Below are positions 12,905-26,469 of a stretch of DNA of 64,000 nucleotides, one piece after another. The stretch covers positions 209,126,001 through 209,190,000 of the forward strand of contig OX597815.1 of the NCBI GenBank assembly GCA_951406725.2, read 5' to 3'. The notes beneath the pieces were generated by a model. That model saw only the letters and a program-made list of their open reading frames with translations, had not been told where the DNA came from and ran no database searches. How positions within the stretch are numbered: position 1 is the first letter of the stretch; every line of letters begins with the position of its first letter. A program made the translations under genes and the position numbers. Origin of the DNA: Octopus vulgaris. Lineage: Eukaryota.

Positions 12905-14050
12905 TCTTCCTTCTTTCTTTCTTCTTTATGCCCTTAACCCTCCAACGCAGAGTATCGACCACTTGTAGTTGAATTCCATGTCGCATAATTTTTCCCTTCT
13001 GTACTTATACTCAGCCATGAATGTCCCCCTTTCTCTAGTTCCTTTTGTGTTGATCTCCGCCACGAGTTCTTAGACCTACCTCTCCTTCTATATCCATCCA
13101 GTTTCCACTGTAAAGCACTTTTTGCTACATTTGGTGTGTCTTTTCTAATTGTGCTACCAATCCACTTCCACTTTTTCTTAAATATTTGCTCCCTAATCGA
13201 AACCTGATTTGTTCTTTGCCATAGCTCCATATTGCTTATGTGTTTGGGTCATCTAATTTTGGTCTCAAAAATTTGTCCTACGAAGAAAGGCTGAGGACGC
13301 TCGACCTTTATTCTCTTGAAAAACGCCGCCGCCGTGGTGATCTCATTCTCGCCCACAACATCATAAGCGGAAAGTGTAACCTCTCGAAAGAGCTGTTCTT
13401 CACTCCTGCTCCAGAGCGTCGGCTGCGGGGTCATTCCGAAAAGCTCTACCTGCGACGATTTCATCTCAATCGAAGGAGAGGAGCTTTCTCCATCCGGGTT
13501 GCGGATCCGTGGAACAAGCTGCCAGACGAGATGGTGAAGATGCCGACGACCGCTTTGTTCAAAGCCTCCCTAGACCTCAAGTGGCCTGAACTCTTTACAT
13601 GAACACCACCCTGTACATAACTCCATGTCCCCCTACATGGCCTTGCTATTTGCTTTTGAGCCAAATTAACTAACTAACTAACTACGCAAGCATCTGTTGA
13701 TGAATGATTCTATTTGCTTATTTGACTTAACTGTTGTTCGCCATGTCTCAGCCCCATACAATAACACCGCTTTTACGTTGGGGTTAAAAATTCTTATTTT
13801 GTTCTTTATTGAAATTACACCTGCACTCATAGAATAAAATTATTTTATATTAGTATTTAACACCTGGCTCTTTAACATTGAATCTGGTAAAGCTGACTTC
13901 ATTTCCAACTGAAATAATTGTATATTTCAAAAGTTCTGATGCCAATTATTTTTACCCTCCTGCATGCTTAAAGAATTTTCATAAGTTTGTCTTAAACATT
14001 CCTGCTTGTTTTCTGATTTTTAGTTAGCCTTCGTTTCATACATTCAAAGT
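12905..14050 (-). mobile_element. RTE-clade LINE 3' fragment (SR2-like), split by a CR1 insertion
   Basis: Minus strand reads KIRIFNPNVKAVLLYGAETWRTT..FINRCLR (about 13684-13830), then ISNMELWQRTNQ..KWKWIGSTIRK..RRRGRSKNSWRR (12934-13260). Confidence 0.85.
13257..13683 (+). mobile_element. CR1-clade LINE 3' fragment
   Basis: GLKNLSYEERLRTLDLYSLEKRRRRGDLI..LRGHSEKL..FSIRVADPWNKLP is the CR1 ORF2 C-terminus; short 3' UTR and (TAAC)n tail. Confidence 0.9.
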
Positions 14051-14838
14051 AATATAAAGCTCTTCTTTGAAAGTCCCCTGGTCATTCTGGTCATGGCGAC
14101 AGCAGTGGTAAGGGGGCATGCACTGTAACAGTGTCTCACAGCATCCACCATTTGTTGGTAATTCCCTACTCTTGGCAAATGACATCTTTGAACCATTCAG
14201 GTACCAACATTCCAACCCATAGGTCTGTTTGGGTGGTCATTGCTGGTGAGGGTTTTATGGGGTCAATGTGCAAATCCTACCTCTATCTGCAGAAGAAACA
14301 ATTGCTTTATACTACTCTGGTGGTTGCAATCAAATTGGGAATGTGTATCATTATGATGGATGGACCCCAGGGAAATATATCCTTTGTGTCACATGTGAGA
14401 CACAGGACAGGTGAAGGATTAAATTGCTTGATGAAGTGTAAATAATTGATGAACTGGAATTATTGAAAATGTTTATTATTAACAATTTTTTTTGATTTCT
14501 ACAATTTGTTATAAAACATTTCATAATTATCAATGAAAATAAAAACACAAGAATAATATTTTATTGTGGAGATCGCATCAAAGAATGTTAAGTTTGCCTT
14601 TGTAGTGAGCTGTCATTTGGTTTTATGATTCCAGTTCTTTATTGGGTATGACTTGAATGCATTTAGCTTTTCCAATTTTGCATTTTTGATTCAATACCAA
14701 ATATGCATGCATCTCAAAATAGTTGCAGTCTCAGATGTTTCAGCAGGACTACATTCTATGTTATATATGAAGCCTTTATCATTTTTCTCCCCTTCGGATA
14801 AAGGTTAGCAAAACTGTCACATAAACACACATATGTGT

Positions 14839-14873
<35 letters not shown>

Positions 14874-14977
14874 TATATATATACATACATATATAAATAT
14901 ATATATATATATATATCATCATCATCATAAAGCAGACGCTAAAGGATGATGATGATATATATATATTTATATATGTA

Positions 14978-15012
<35 letters not shown>

Positions 15013-15144
15013 TTAGATATGTTTTGACCAAAGATTGGTCCAGGCCATGTCTAACTTAATAGCACCACCTGATATATATATATATATATATATATATGTA
15101 GGTAGGTATGTATGTATATACATATGTATATATATGTATGTATG

Positions 15145-15176
<32 letters not shown>

Positions 15177-15697
15177 TGTATGTATATGTACGTATGTATA
15201 TATATGTATATATATATATATATATATAATATTAGGGTGTAAATCCGGGAAAAATTAGATTTAGGATTAAATCAAATTTCACAGTATAAATATAAATTTA
15301 TATCTGTATATATACGTATATGTGTGCGTGTATGTAGTGTATGTTGTTATGTATGTATACATATGCATATAAATATATGTGTGTGTGTGTGTGTGTGTGT
15401 ATACACCCACGTGTATTCAGCTACCAAATTTCCCTCAAACCACATCTTTGCCATCTTAAAAGGACAAGATATATTAAATGAGGTAGTTCTGGATATATTA
15501 CCTGAAAATATGGCCTGGAAGACATTGGTTTACATGATCAGAGCTAAGCCATGGGTAAACTTAACAATAACTCTTGTGATTTTGGATGCTAAAGAGTTAC
15601 GATCCTAATCTGTACTGCCAAATATATTTAGTTATGTTCCATTATAGCTACAAAATATCAATCCATTATGCTTCATTGCCCAACATCAGATATCATT

Positions 15698-15809
15698 TTA
15701 TATATGTGTGTATATATGTATGCATATGTGTGCGTATATATATGTGTGTATATATATGTATATATATTATGTATATATATGTATATATATGTATGTATGT
15801 ATATATATG

Positions 15810-15846
<37 letters not shown>

Positions 15847-16434
15847 GTATATATATATATGTATATATATATATATGTATATATATATGTATATATATAG
15901 ATATAGATATATGTATATATATATGTGTGTATGCATATATGTGTGTATGCATATATGTGTATGCATATATATGTATATATATATAGGTATATATATATAG
16001 ATATATGTATATATATATGCGTATGCATATATATGTATATATATATATATATATATATAGGTATATATATATATGTATATATAGGTATATATTATATGCA
16101 TACATACTCATTGATAGATAAATACATACATACATACATCTATCTATATTTCTCTAAGATGCTGGTAAATTTCTGTATTTCATGTTATTTCATTGTATTG
16201 CGAGAAACATTGTTTCATACTTGTTTTTATTTAAACGTATATTTTTCTACTAAAAGGAAATGAATTTTATTGTGATAAAAAGATCATTTTCTCCACACTT
16301 TCCAAATGAAAATTTTATTGCTAATGGTAACTTTACACCTCTTTTTCCACAAAGGGAAATATTTCTGACAAGCAGGAAATCCCATTCTTGTGGCTTCGGT
16401 TTTAGAATAGAAAAGTAGCTAAAATATGGCCAGC

Positions 16435-16504
<70 letters not shown>

Positions 16505-16512
16505 CATTATAT

Positions 16513-16551
<39 letters not shown>

Positions 16552-16554
16552 CAC

Positions 16555-16587
<33 letters not shown>

Positions 16588-16592
16588 TACAC

Positions 16593-16687
<95 letters not shown>

Positions 16688-16692
16688 CACAT

Positions 16693-16724
<32 letters not shown>

Positions 16725-17054
16725 TATATACACATACACATATATATATATATATTATATACACATACACACATATATATATATATATTATATACACATA
16801 CACATATATATATATATATATTATATACACATACATATATATATATATATATATTATATACACATACATATATATATTATATATACACATACATATATAT
16901 ATATTATATATACACATACATATATATATTATATATACACATACATATATATATATTATATATACACATACATATATATATATTATATATACACACACAT
17001 ATATATATATATATATACACATGTATATATATATATATATACACATATATATAC

Positions 17055-17101
<47 letters not shown>

Positions 17102-17185
17102 CATACATATATGTATATATATATATATATATACAGACACACACACACGCATATATATATATATACATGCACATATGTATATATC
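15698..17185. repeat. Two long compound (TA)n/(CA)n microsatellite fields (15698-16100, 16437-17185)
   Basis: Directly visible. Confidence 0.9.
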
Positions 17186-17290
17186 AGCCTTCTTTTTTGA
17201 TTGTCCTCCAACAGTTATATTTTATTCTTTGTTAGATTTCATAAAGCTATTTGATTTTTCGTAATTTCCCTTGAGTATCTTTTTCTCTGA

Positions 17291-17325
<35 letters not shown>

Positions 17326-17874
17326 ATTCTTTTTTTCTTTCACACACACAAACACTTTCTGCTTTTTTTTTCTTCATTAATTTTCCTTACCGTTGTTTTC
17401 TTTATGGTGAACATCTTTTTGCTGGTTTTGTTGTTTCCGTGGAATATTTTAAAGAAAACTGTGTTTTATTTCGCATTTCATTTCTGTTTTGAGTTCATCA
17501 TTTTCATGTTTTGACTTGTGATGTTTCCTGTTGCTAGCTACCTACTTTCCATTATACCTGCATTTAATGGTGTTGAGAGGTTTTCTTGCCATCATTACAA
17601 CATGTCATTCAAAGTATTCCAGCTGCAGTCTCACACTGCTCCATACCACTCCCCCTTCATTCAAATGACAACCCTATTGAATTGTGCAGGGCTCTACTTT
17701 CCCTTACCACTCTTTTACCACTTCTCTTTTCTCACTTCACAGATTCTACAGATAAATGCTTTATAGCAAGATTGGATTTTCACTTAAGGAATCTGATTGG
17801 ATCCTTTGCTAAGTTGCTGTTTTTTGTTTGTATTTTTTTTTTGGCTGTATTTCCTATTTTTCTATTGTTCTTAG

Positions 17875-17938
17875 GAAAGACATTTTAGTTCTTCCTCAAT
17901 TGGGTAGATGCGCTTTAATTCCAGATGGATTGGTTGAA
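17875..17938 (+). CDS. Internal coding exon (KDILVLPQLGRCALIPDGLVE)
   Basis: Strong pyrimidine tract with cttag| acceptor and gaa|gtaagt donor; phase 2 to phase 0. Confidence 0.75.
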
Positions 17939-18147
17939 GTAAGTGTTAAGTATGGAATTCTGGAGAAGCAACTCTGTGCAAATATTGAGAGTAGTTCGCT
18001 TGGTGTGTTTCGTTAATGACAGTATAGGATTAACATAGTTCATAGTTACCTTTACTAAGTCCTAAGTCAACCATAACTGAGCAGACCCTTCTGACAGGCT
18101 TCATTACAGTTTCTGTTTACCTAGTTTCAGTCACAAGGTATATATTT

Positions 18148-18497
18148 ACTCTTTGCTCTTTACTCTTTTGCTCTTTTACTTGTTTCAGTCATTTAACTGA
18201 GGCCATGCTGGAGCACTGCCTTTAGTCGAGCAAATCGACCCCAGGACTTATTCTTTGTAAGCCTAGTACTTATTCTGTCAGTATCCTTTGCCGAACCGCT
18301 AAGTTATAAATATATATATATATATACATATATACAATTGGCTTCTTTCAGTTTCTGTCTACCAAATCTACTCACAAGGCTTTGGTCGGCTCAAGGCTAT
18401 AGGATGAGACACTTGCCCAAGGTGCCATGCAGTGGGACTGAACCCGGAACCATGTGGTTGTTAAGTAAGCTACTTACCACACAGACACTCCTACGCC
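18148..18497 (-). mobile_element. SINE family A (internal deletion)
   Basis: Reverse complement of family A. Confidence 0.85.
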
Positions 18498-18844
18498 TAT
18501 ATATATATATATATATATATATATCGTCATCCTCATTTAACATCTGTTTTTCCATATTCTAAGGGATTGGACAATTTGGCCTAAGCTGACAAGCTGGAGA
18601 GCTGCACCAAGTTCCAGTCTAATTTGGCTAGATGCCCTTCAAAACACCAGTTACTTTACAGTGTATGCTGGGTGCTTTTAACCTGGCACCAGCGTGAGTG
18701 CTCTTACATGGCACTGGCCTGAGTATTTTTTACATGTCACCTGCATAGGACTCTTACAAGCCAACCCTCTTCACCAAGAGGAGCAGCCTCAACACCTCTG
18801 CTGTGGAGGGCAGTTTTTATATATTTATATACACACACACACAC

Positions 18845-19990
18845 ACATGGTGTTCAGGCTAAATTTGGCAGTTTGCATAAAAGGAAAAGAAAACAATATT
18901 CCATCCAAAATTAAAAGAATTGTATAAAAATCAAAAACTATGAATTAGATTATGACTAGAAGATAACAGTTTACTCAGAAGTGGCCACCCTCAGCTTCCA
19001 CTGTGACCTCACTACAGCTCTGGAACCTGGTGCATGCATTACTCATTGTGCACCTGGGGAGGTCTCTAAACACTTCCTTGATTTTGACCACCAGCTCATC
19101 CTTTTAGTGTTGTGAGCTGAGTGGTTGGTGCCTTTCTCAACCACACATAGTAATCCATGAAATCAAAATCAGAGGAATCAGGCAGTCAGAAATTGGTGCT
19201 GGTGGAGTAAAGCAATTCTCTGCCGACCACTTCTGACTCTTTCCAGAAGTATGGCAAACAGCAGAATCTTTTTATTGCTTCATTACCCACAGGGAGCTAA
19301 ACATAGAGGGGGACAAACAAGGGGATTAAGTCAATTACATCGACCCCCAGTGATTAACTGGTATTTATTTAATCGACCCCGAAAGGATGAAAGGCAAAGT
19401 CAACCTCAGTGGAATTTGAACTCAGAACCTAACGGCAGACAAAATACCTATTTCTTTATTACCCACAAAGGGCTAAACATAGAAGGGACAAACAAGGACA
19501 GACATAGGTATTAAGTCAATTACATCGACACCAGTGTATAACTGGTACTTAATTTATCGACCCCGAAAGGATGAAAGGCAAAGTCGACCTCAGCGGAATT
19601 TGAACACAGAACATAGCTGCAGACAAAATACCGCTAGGCATTTCGCCTAGTGTGTCAATGTTTCTGCCAGCTTGCCGCCTTAAACAGCTGAATCTTGTTG
19701 TCACACTTATGACCTTCCAGCAGCAACTCTCTCCAAGCACAGTCTCTGGCAACTTCACGTAGCCATCTGAATTGAGCCTAAGGCCCTGTTCAAAGATGTG
19801 GAGCAGCATAATGCCCACCTCATTGGAGACACTCCTAAAGACCTTCACATTTTGGATGAGCTTGGTTTTCATGCTATCCATGTCATCGTCTTACAGCCTT
19901 TACAGTGTTCACAGAGCATTGAGCTGCAGCCGTGATGTCAACATTTTGATATCCATCATGAATTACATTGATACAGATAACTCTTTTCCA
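18845..19990 (-). pseudogene. Decayed Tc1/mariner-superfamily transposase (maT/DD37D-like)
   Basis: Minus-strand peptides MKTK..HIFEQGLRLNSDGYVKL, HTSGKSQKW, MDYYVW, KIKEVF and VEAEGGHF, with frameshifts. Interrupted by tandem SINE-C at 19268-19680. Confidence 0.75.
19268..19680 (-). mobile_element. Two tandem SINE family C copies
   Basis: Repeated ccccgaaaggatgaaaggcaaagtc..ggaatttgaac blocks about 183 bp apart. Confidence 0.85.
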
Positions 19991-20573
19991 ATGTTTCTCA
20001 AGCTTCTTACCACACAGCCACTCCTGCACCTACATACACTCATACATACACAAATGTAATGTGTATGTGTGTGTGTGTGTGTGCATATATATATATACTA
20101 CTAATATAGGATGAAGTTTATTTACAGAAAAAATTTCATCAAAAAAGTGGCAGTATATTAAAATACCTTTAAGGTTAAAATTATAAACAACTTATAAACA
20201 AGAGCAAAAGAAAATTATTTCTATGCCAATATGCTAATAACAAACTTTTAAATCATCAATTTCCACATATTATTTACTCACTACAGAAAATACGTAGAGC
20301 TGAAATCGAGGAAAGCAAGCCAACAGGATTTTTTTAAAAAGTTCATTATTTCTATATTGAATCAATTTTGGAATTAATCTCATAATAGATTTTTTTTTTC
20401 CTCATCAGTAGAAAATACAAAAGAAATAAATGAAATACTTACATGCGCCCCTGGAAAAAAGCCGAAGCAAAAATCATGAGTACATATAAGTACCCCAGAT
20501 ATATCTAAAAATAAAATCCTTTGGTCAGCCTCAGCACATGTGTGAACTGTTCACTACAGCTTATAGTGGTTAC

Positions 20574-20662
20574 CAGCACTATGGCTGAATGGTTGAGAAG
20601 TTCACTTTGCTTTGATGAAATCTGAGGTTCAATCCGTCTCCCACAGTATGATGTAATAGGCA

Positions 20663-20698
<36 letters not shown>

Positions 20699-21099
20699 TT
20701 AATCAAAGGACATACTAGGTATGTCAACCTGCTTGAAATAACAGTCAAAACTCTTATTATTAATAATAAGAGTTTTGACTGTTATTTCAAGCAGGTTGAC
20801 ATACCTAGTATGTCCTTTGATTAATTTTAATCCCTCGGCTATTTAATGCTATTTTTTGGCCTGCTATCGCCTGTGTTATTGATTCTGTTATTATCATTTT
20901 TTAAATTGTTGTATTGGATAATAATAGAATTAATGACACCTTCGTGAATTAATACATATATATATATATATATATATATACATACATACACATACACATA
21001 TATATAAACTTGCCTATTACATCATACTGTGGGAGACGGATTAAAACTCAGATTTCATCAAAGCAAAGTGAACTCCTCAACCATTCAGCCATAGTGCTG
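20574..21099. repeat. Nested inverted repeat: outer arms of about 97 bp plus an inner perfect 140-bp palindrome (20692-20831)
   Basis: 20574-20670 is the reverse complement of 21003-21099 with about 3 mismatches. The inner arms match base for base with no spacer (centre 20761/20762). Confidence 0.95.
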
Positions 21100-22543
21100 C
21101 ACCCACAATGCATGCATACAGGCAGATGGAAAAAAATCTTAAACTATTGTTCCAGAACCCTGGTTTTAAGTGTATATATATACTTAAAACCAGGGTTTGG
21201 GAACAAAATATATATATATATATGAACGAATATCATTTCATCTACATGCCATCACTTATCAAACATTCCATTAGACACGCAAAATTTCAAGTTATTGATT
21301 TACCTATATTAGAATGAGCAGCTGTATGCTGTTAGCTCTGATTGAACTTTCATACTCTATTTAAAAAAGGATGTCAGCAGTTTGTCAACAAAAATGTTGA
21401 TCATAGTGGTGGTGGTAGTGGTGGTAGTGGTGGTGGTGGTGGTGGTGGTGGTGGTGGTGGGAGATAGAAACAAAAATAAAGCCTGATTTTTTTTGACACT
21501 TTGATCTACCAAAATGCCAACCTATAATTTCTGATCTTCGCATAGTCAAGAAACTTCTTTAAAACACTGCAAGGCATGATTTCCATAAAATAACTAAAAA
21601 GGTAGTTCTTATTACTTCACTTAGCGTCTTCCTTATGTCTGGGTTTTATTGCTAACTATATTCAGCTATTGAAAAATGTTATTTTCTTTAAACATTTTAA
21701 AACATTTTTGGAACTTCTTGGTTTTTATTTCTTGTATGGAACTAATGAAAATGATGCCAGACTAGACAATGGATGAAATTACTCTACTTTTTGTGGTTCA
21801 GATCTTATTAGCTGCAGCTCAGCAATAAAAGCTTTGCAGTTTTACAGAAGCATTTCCAATTAATCTCTTTAAATTCTTAAAAGTTTTGAAACAAAATTAT
21901 CTTTATTTTCTTTATTTCATATCTCACTGCATTTTATTGTTCAAATTTATTCTAATTTTTAGTTTGTTTTTGTTGTTTTTTTTTGTTGTTATTTGGACAT
22001 TTATAAATGTAATTTTACAAAAATCACTCGGAAAATTGTACTTATTGCAACAACTTATGTTTGTACTAAAATATGTAGTCATTTGTTGTCCATTTTTTAA
22101 ATAATGTTCAGCCTTAAGAAATATTTCATTACACTTAAACCTTTTAAAAGTTTGGTATTTGTGTATTTGTTCACACAAAAATAATATCAGATGTGGATGC
22201 TAAGAAAACAAAAATCAGAAGTGAATTCAATTAATTTTAAAATACTAGAATTACTTATCATGTATTTGCTATTTGTAAATTGTGTGTATGTGCATGTATG
22301 TGTGCTTGGAAACGTGCGTCTGTGTAAAGTATACATATGAATATTTATTTTTAAAATGCTCTAACGCTGTATCATCACTATTCATAATTCTGTGTATCTA
22401 ATGTATATCTATTACTCTAATACCAACAAAAATTGGTAGGAATTTGCAGTGATGGATGGTAAATGTCTTGAACTAATGACAATAATGAGAAAAAATTGTT
22501 TTCTATTATTCCATACTTTAATTTTGTTTATTGTTTGTGACAG

Positions 22544-22615
22544 TTCAAATTGGATGGAAATGTTGTATCTTCAAAGCCAGAATCACCAAATTTGCTGCAG
22601 TTCACATTCCATAGA
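22544..22615 (+). CDS. Internal coding exon (FKLDGNVVSSKPESPNLLQFTFHR)
   Basis: T-rich tract with gacag| acceptor and aga|gtaata donor; 72 nt, phase 0-0, in frame with the previous exon. Confidence 0.7.
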
Positions 22616-22724
22616 GTAATATTGTCCTTATTGATAAGTTATCTCTAGTTGTGAATTGGGGTTAAGGTTTGGAGCACCTTACACATATTATGTTGGGCAG
22701 TGATTGATAGGCAAGGCTATGTAG

Positions 22725-23787
22725 TTCTTTTATTTGTTTCAGTCATTTGACTGTGGCCATGCTGGAGCACTGCCTTTAGTCAAGCAAATCGACCCCAGGA
22801 CTTACTCTTTGTAAGCCTAGTACTTATTCTATCGGTCTCTCTTGCCGAACCAGCATTGGTTGTCAAGCGATGTTGTGGGGACAAACACAGACACACAAAC
22901 ATATACATATATATATAAATATATAATGTGTATGTATGTATGTATATATATATATACGACGGGCTTCTTTCAGTTTCCATTTACCAAATCTACTCACAAT
23001 GCTTTGGTCAGCTCGACGCTATAGTAGAAAACACTTGCCTAAGGTGCCACGCAGTGGGACGGAAGCAGGAACCATGTGGTTGGTAATCAAGCTACTTACC
23101 ACACAGCCACTCCTGTGCCTATATTTAAAAATTTTATCAAATGACCACATGGTTTCAGGTTCATGTCTGCTACATGACACCTTCCAAGTGCCTTCTTTAC
23201 AGGCCCTGAGACAACCAAAGTCATATTAGTGGATTTGGTAGTTGGAAACTGAAAGAAGTTTGTGTGTGTGTGCGTGCTCGCATGCATGCATATATTTTTG
23301 TGTCTAATTGTAAACAAATGTTACTGTCATACAAGCAGTGTCGTATTCTTTATTCTTTATACATGTTTCAGTCATTTGACTGCGGCCATGCTGGAGCACC
23401 GCCTTTAGTCGAGCAAATCGACCCCGGAACTTATTCTTTGTAAGCCCAGTACTTATTCTATCGGTCTCTTTTGCTAAATGACGGGGATGTAAGCACACCA
23501 GCATCGGTTGTCAAGCAATGCTAGGGTGACAAACACAGACACACAAACACATACACACACATACATACATCATCATCATCATCATCATCGTTTAACGTCC
23601 GCTATATACATATATATATATACATATATACGACAGGCTTCTTTCAGTTTCCGTCTACCAAATCCACTCACAAGGCATTGGTCGGCCCGAGGCTATAGCA
23701 GAAGACAGTTGCCCAAGATACCACGCAGTGGGACTGAACCCGGAACCATGTGGTTGGTTAGCAAGCTACTTACCACACAGCCACTCC
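22725..23787 (-). mobile_element. Two SINE family A copies (22725-23119, 23345-23787)
   Basis: Reverse complements of family A. Confidence 0.85.
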
Positions 23788-24296
23788 TGTTCATAATCTT
23801 ATGTAAAGTCTCTCCTGACTTCAGTGCTGTTTATCATTCAAAGGATGAAGGAAAATGTAACTTTGAAACCCTTGAGGGTTGGTGACAGGAAAGGCATCCT
23901 TTTATCGCCTCAACAAAGAGACAACTCAAGGGATTCACAATAGGAAGAGCATTCGGTTGTAAAACCCTGCCTTAAAAAGTACCTTCTAACTCATGCCAGC
24001 ATGCAAAAATGTAAGCAATTGCATTGATGGTAAAAGTTTATGTATGTGCATGTATGCACACACTACACATTGCACATGTTATCATCAAATGGACTAATGC
24101 AGAAAATACTTGGAGCTGCTGATAAAATCTTAGCAATGGATTATTGCTAATCTGATTAATCCCTCTTTTTTTTGTATATAAAGACTAGGTATTTATATCT
24201 GTCTGAATATAATATTGGTCTTCACCCCCATACATCTCTCACTCTCCTCATGTACTGTGCTTCACCCCCATTTTCTTGCAACCAACCCAACTGCAC

Positions 24297-24405
<109 letters not shown>

Positions 24406-25736
24406 GTATGTATATATATATATATATATACACACACACATATATATATATGTTATATATATATATATATAAAAAAAAATATATAAAAATTTATAAATAT
24501 AAATTAATAATTTTAAATTTAAATAATTTAAATTTTTAAATTCTATATTTTTTATATATTTTGTATATTATATTAATTATTTTTATTTTTATGTTTTGGT
24601 TTATGTTTTTCACTGTTTGATTTGCCTAATAGTGGTTTTATCTCTAATTTAATTTATATATATACATATATATATACACACACACACACACATATATATA
24701 CTGTATCATTATGACTATTCTGCTGCTCTTCACTTTCATTTTTCTACTCTGTCAGTCATCTCCTACTCTCTCTCCTACCTCCTACCAACTCACGTATATC
24801 ATAGGACACCCCACTCACTTGTCTACCAGTCTCTACATCCACCCGTCAACCCTATCTGATCTCTACAGTTCTCACCTACTCTTCCCTATCTTCCCTGCAT
24901 ATCATCTCTCAAGTCCTCCATTCAGTATATTCCCCCTCTCGCCAATTCTCATCTCTATCCTTCTCTCACTCTCCTATACACTTATGCAACCTCTACTCAC
25001 CTACACTCCCTGTTCACCTATCTCCACTCATTTCAACTCACCTTGTACCTCAAAGGTCCACCTTGATACCTCATCACTACTATTTTTATCATTTTCCAGC
25101 TCCACTTCAGTCACTCCTGCCTTCTCTTCTAAAACCTGAGTCATGGTGTAGCTTCATTACAGGAAGAAACCAGTTCTGGCCTCATCACTTTAACCCATTA
25201 TCTCCTAGAATAAAATCACCTCCCTTTGTACTGTAGCCCCACTAAGCCTAAGGGGACTGATTTTAGTCTTGCAAGTTGCATGGCAATCTCACTGGTGCTG
25301 GTACCACAAAAAAATTCCTCAGCACACAGTGTAAAGTAACTGGCATTAGAAAGCACACCCATTTGTAGAAACCATGTAAAATTAGACACTGGAGTGTGAT
25401 GAGGTCTTTAGACCCATCAAATCCTATCAAACCATGCAGTCCATGCCAGTATGAAACATGGATGTTAAATAGTGATGATGAGATCATCGTGATCTCTCTC
25501 TCTCTCTCCCTTTTACAAACACATGCCCACATACACATATACACATACACTTAGGCATAGACATGACTGTGTGGATGATTAAGATGTTTGATTTAGAAGC
25601 ATGTTGTTAGGGGTTCAGCCCCACTATATCGGGTCTCTACTCTGATGTTCTGTACGATGTAAATGAGTTGATCAGTGCTTTATGACTGACCAGAAAACAT
25701 TAGATGGAGTTGAGAAAGCCTATCATTGTGTGTGTG

Positions 25737-26225
25737 GAGGTGCAATGGCCCAGCAGTTAGGGCAGCGGACTCGCGGTAGTAGGATCACGGTTTTGATTCC
25801 CAGACCGGGCATTGTGAGTATTTATTTAGCTCCACGAGGCTCCGGCAGGGGGTGGTGGTGAACTCTGCTGTACTCTTTCACCACAACTTTCTCTCACTCT
25901 TTCTTCCTGTTTCAGTTGTACCTGTATTTCAAATGGCCAGCCTTGTCACACTCTGTGTCATGCTGAATCTCCCCGAGAACTATGTTAAGGGTACACGTGT
26001 CTGGAGCCCTCAGCCACTTGCATGTTAATAAATGAGCTGCGACATCACTGGTGCCAAGCTGTATCGGCCTTTGCCTTTCCCATGGATAACATCGGTGGCG
26101 TGGAGAGGGGAGGCTGGTATGCATGGGCGATTGCTAGCCTTCCACAAAGAATCTTGCCCTGACTTGTGCCTCGGAGGGTAACTTTCTAGGTACAATCCCA
26201 TGGTCATTGATGACCGGAGGGGGTC
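25737..26225 (+). mobile_element. Chimeric SINE: family D 5' part joined to family E 3' part
   Basis: 25737-26028 matches 33197-33510; 26030-26225 matches 44072-44265 and 59890-60082. Confidence 0.75.
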
Positions 26226-26391
26226 ACAACAACAATGCATGTGTGTGTGTTAGTGTGAATGAATTCCTAATTCCCCTTGTCTTCTTCATGTGTTTTTTCA
26301 CCAACTGTAAACAAGAAAGTCTTTATTCAGACGATGTCATTTACTTCTAATTCTCGGTGTAACTTTGTCCATCCGGTTCATTGTCTGACAG

Positions 26392-26469
26392 ACTGGGATA
26401 TTACTACCTTGGTTGGATAGAAAACTTTGTTCCAGTGTAGTTTCATCTGATCGATACAAGCGCGGAAAA
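26392..26469 (+). CDS. Candidate internal coding exon (TGILLPWLDRKLCSSVVSSDRYKRGK)
   Basis: tgtctgacag| acceptor and aaa|gtagac donor; 78 nt, phase 0-0, CpG-containing unique sequence. Confidence 0.5.

Noticed and set aside
14131-14445. 104-aa ORF, possibly an exon or a Merlin-like transposase remnant
   Set aside because: No convincing splice pair in phase with neighbouring exons, and the transposase similarity needs several frameshifts.
24470-24660. Extremely AT-rich degenerate stretch after the (CT)n tract
   Set aside because: Looks like low-quality sequence or assembly noise next to a long microsatellite.
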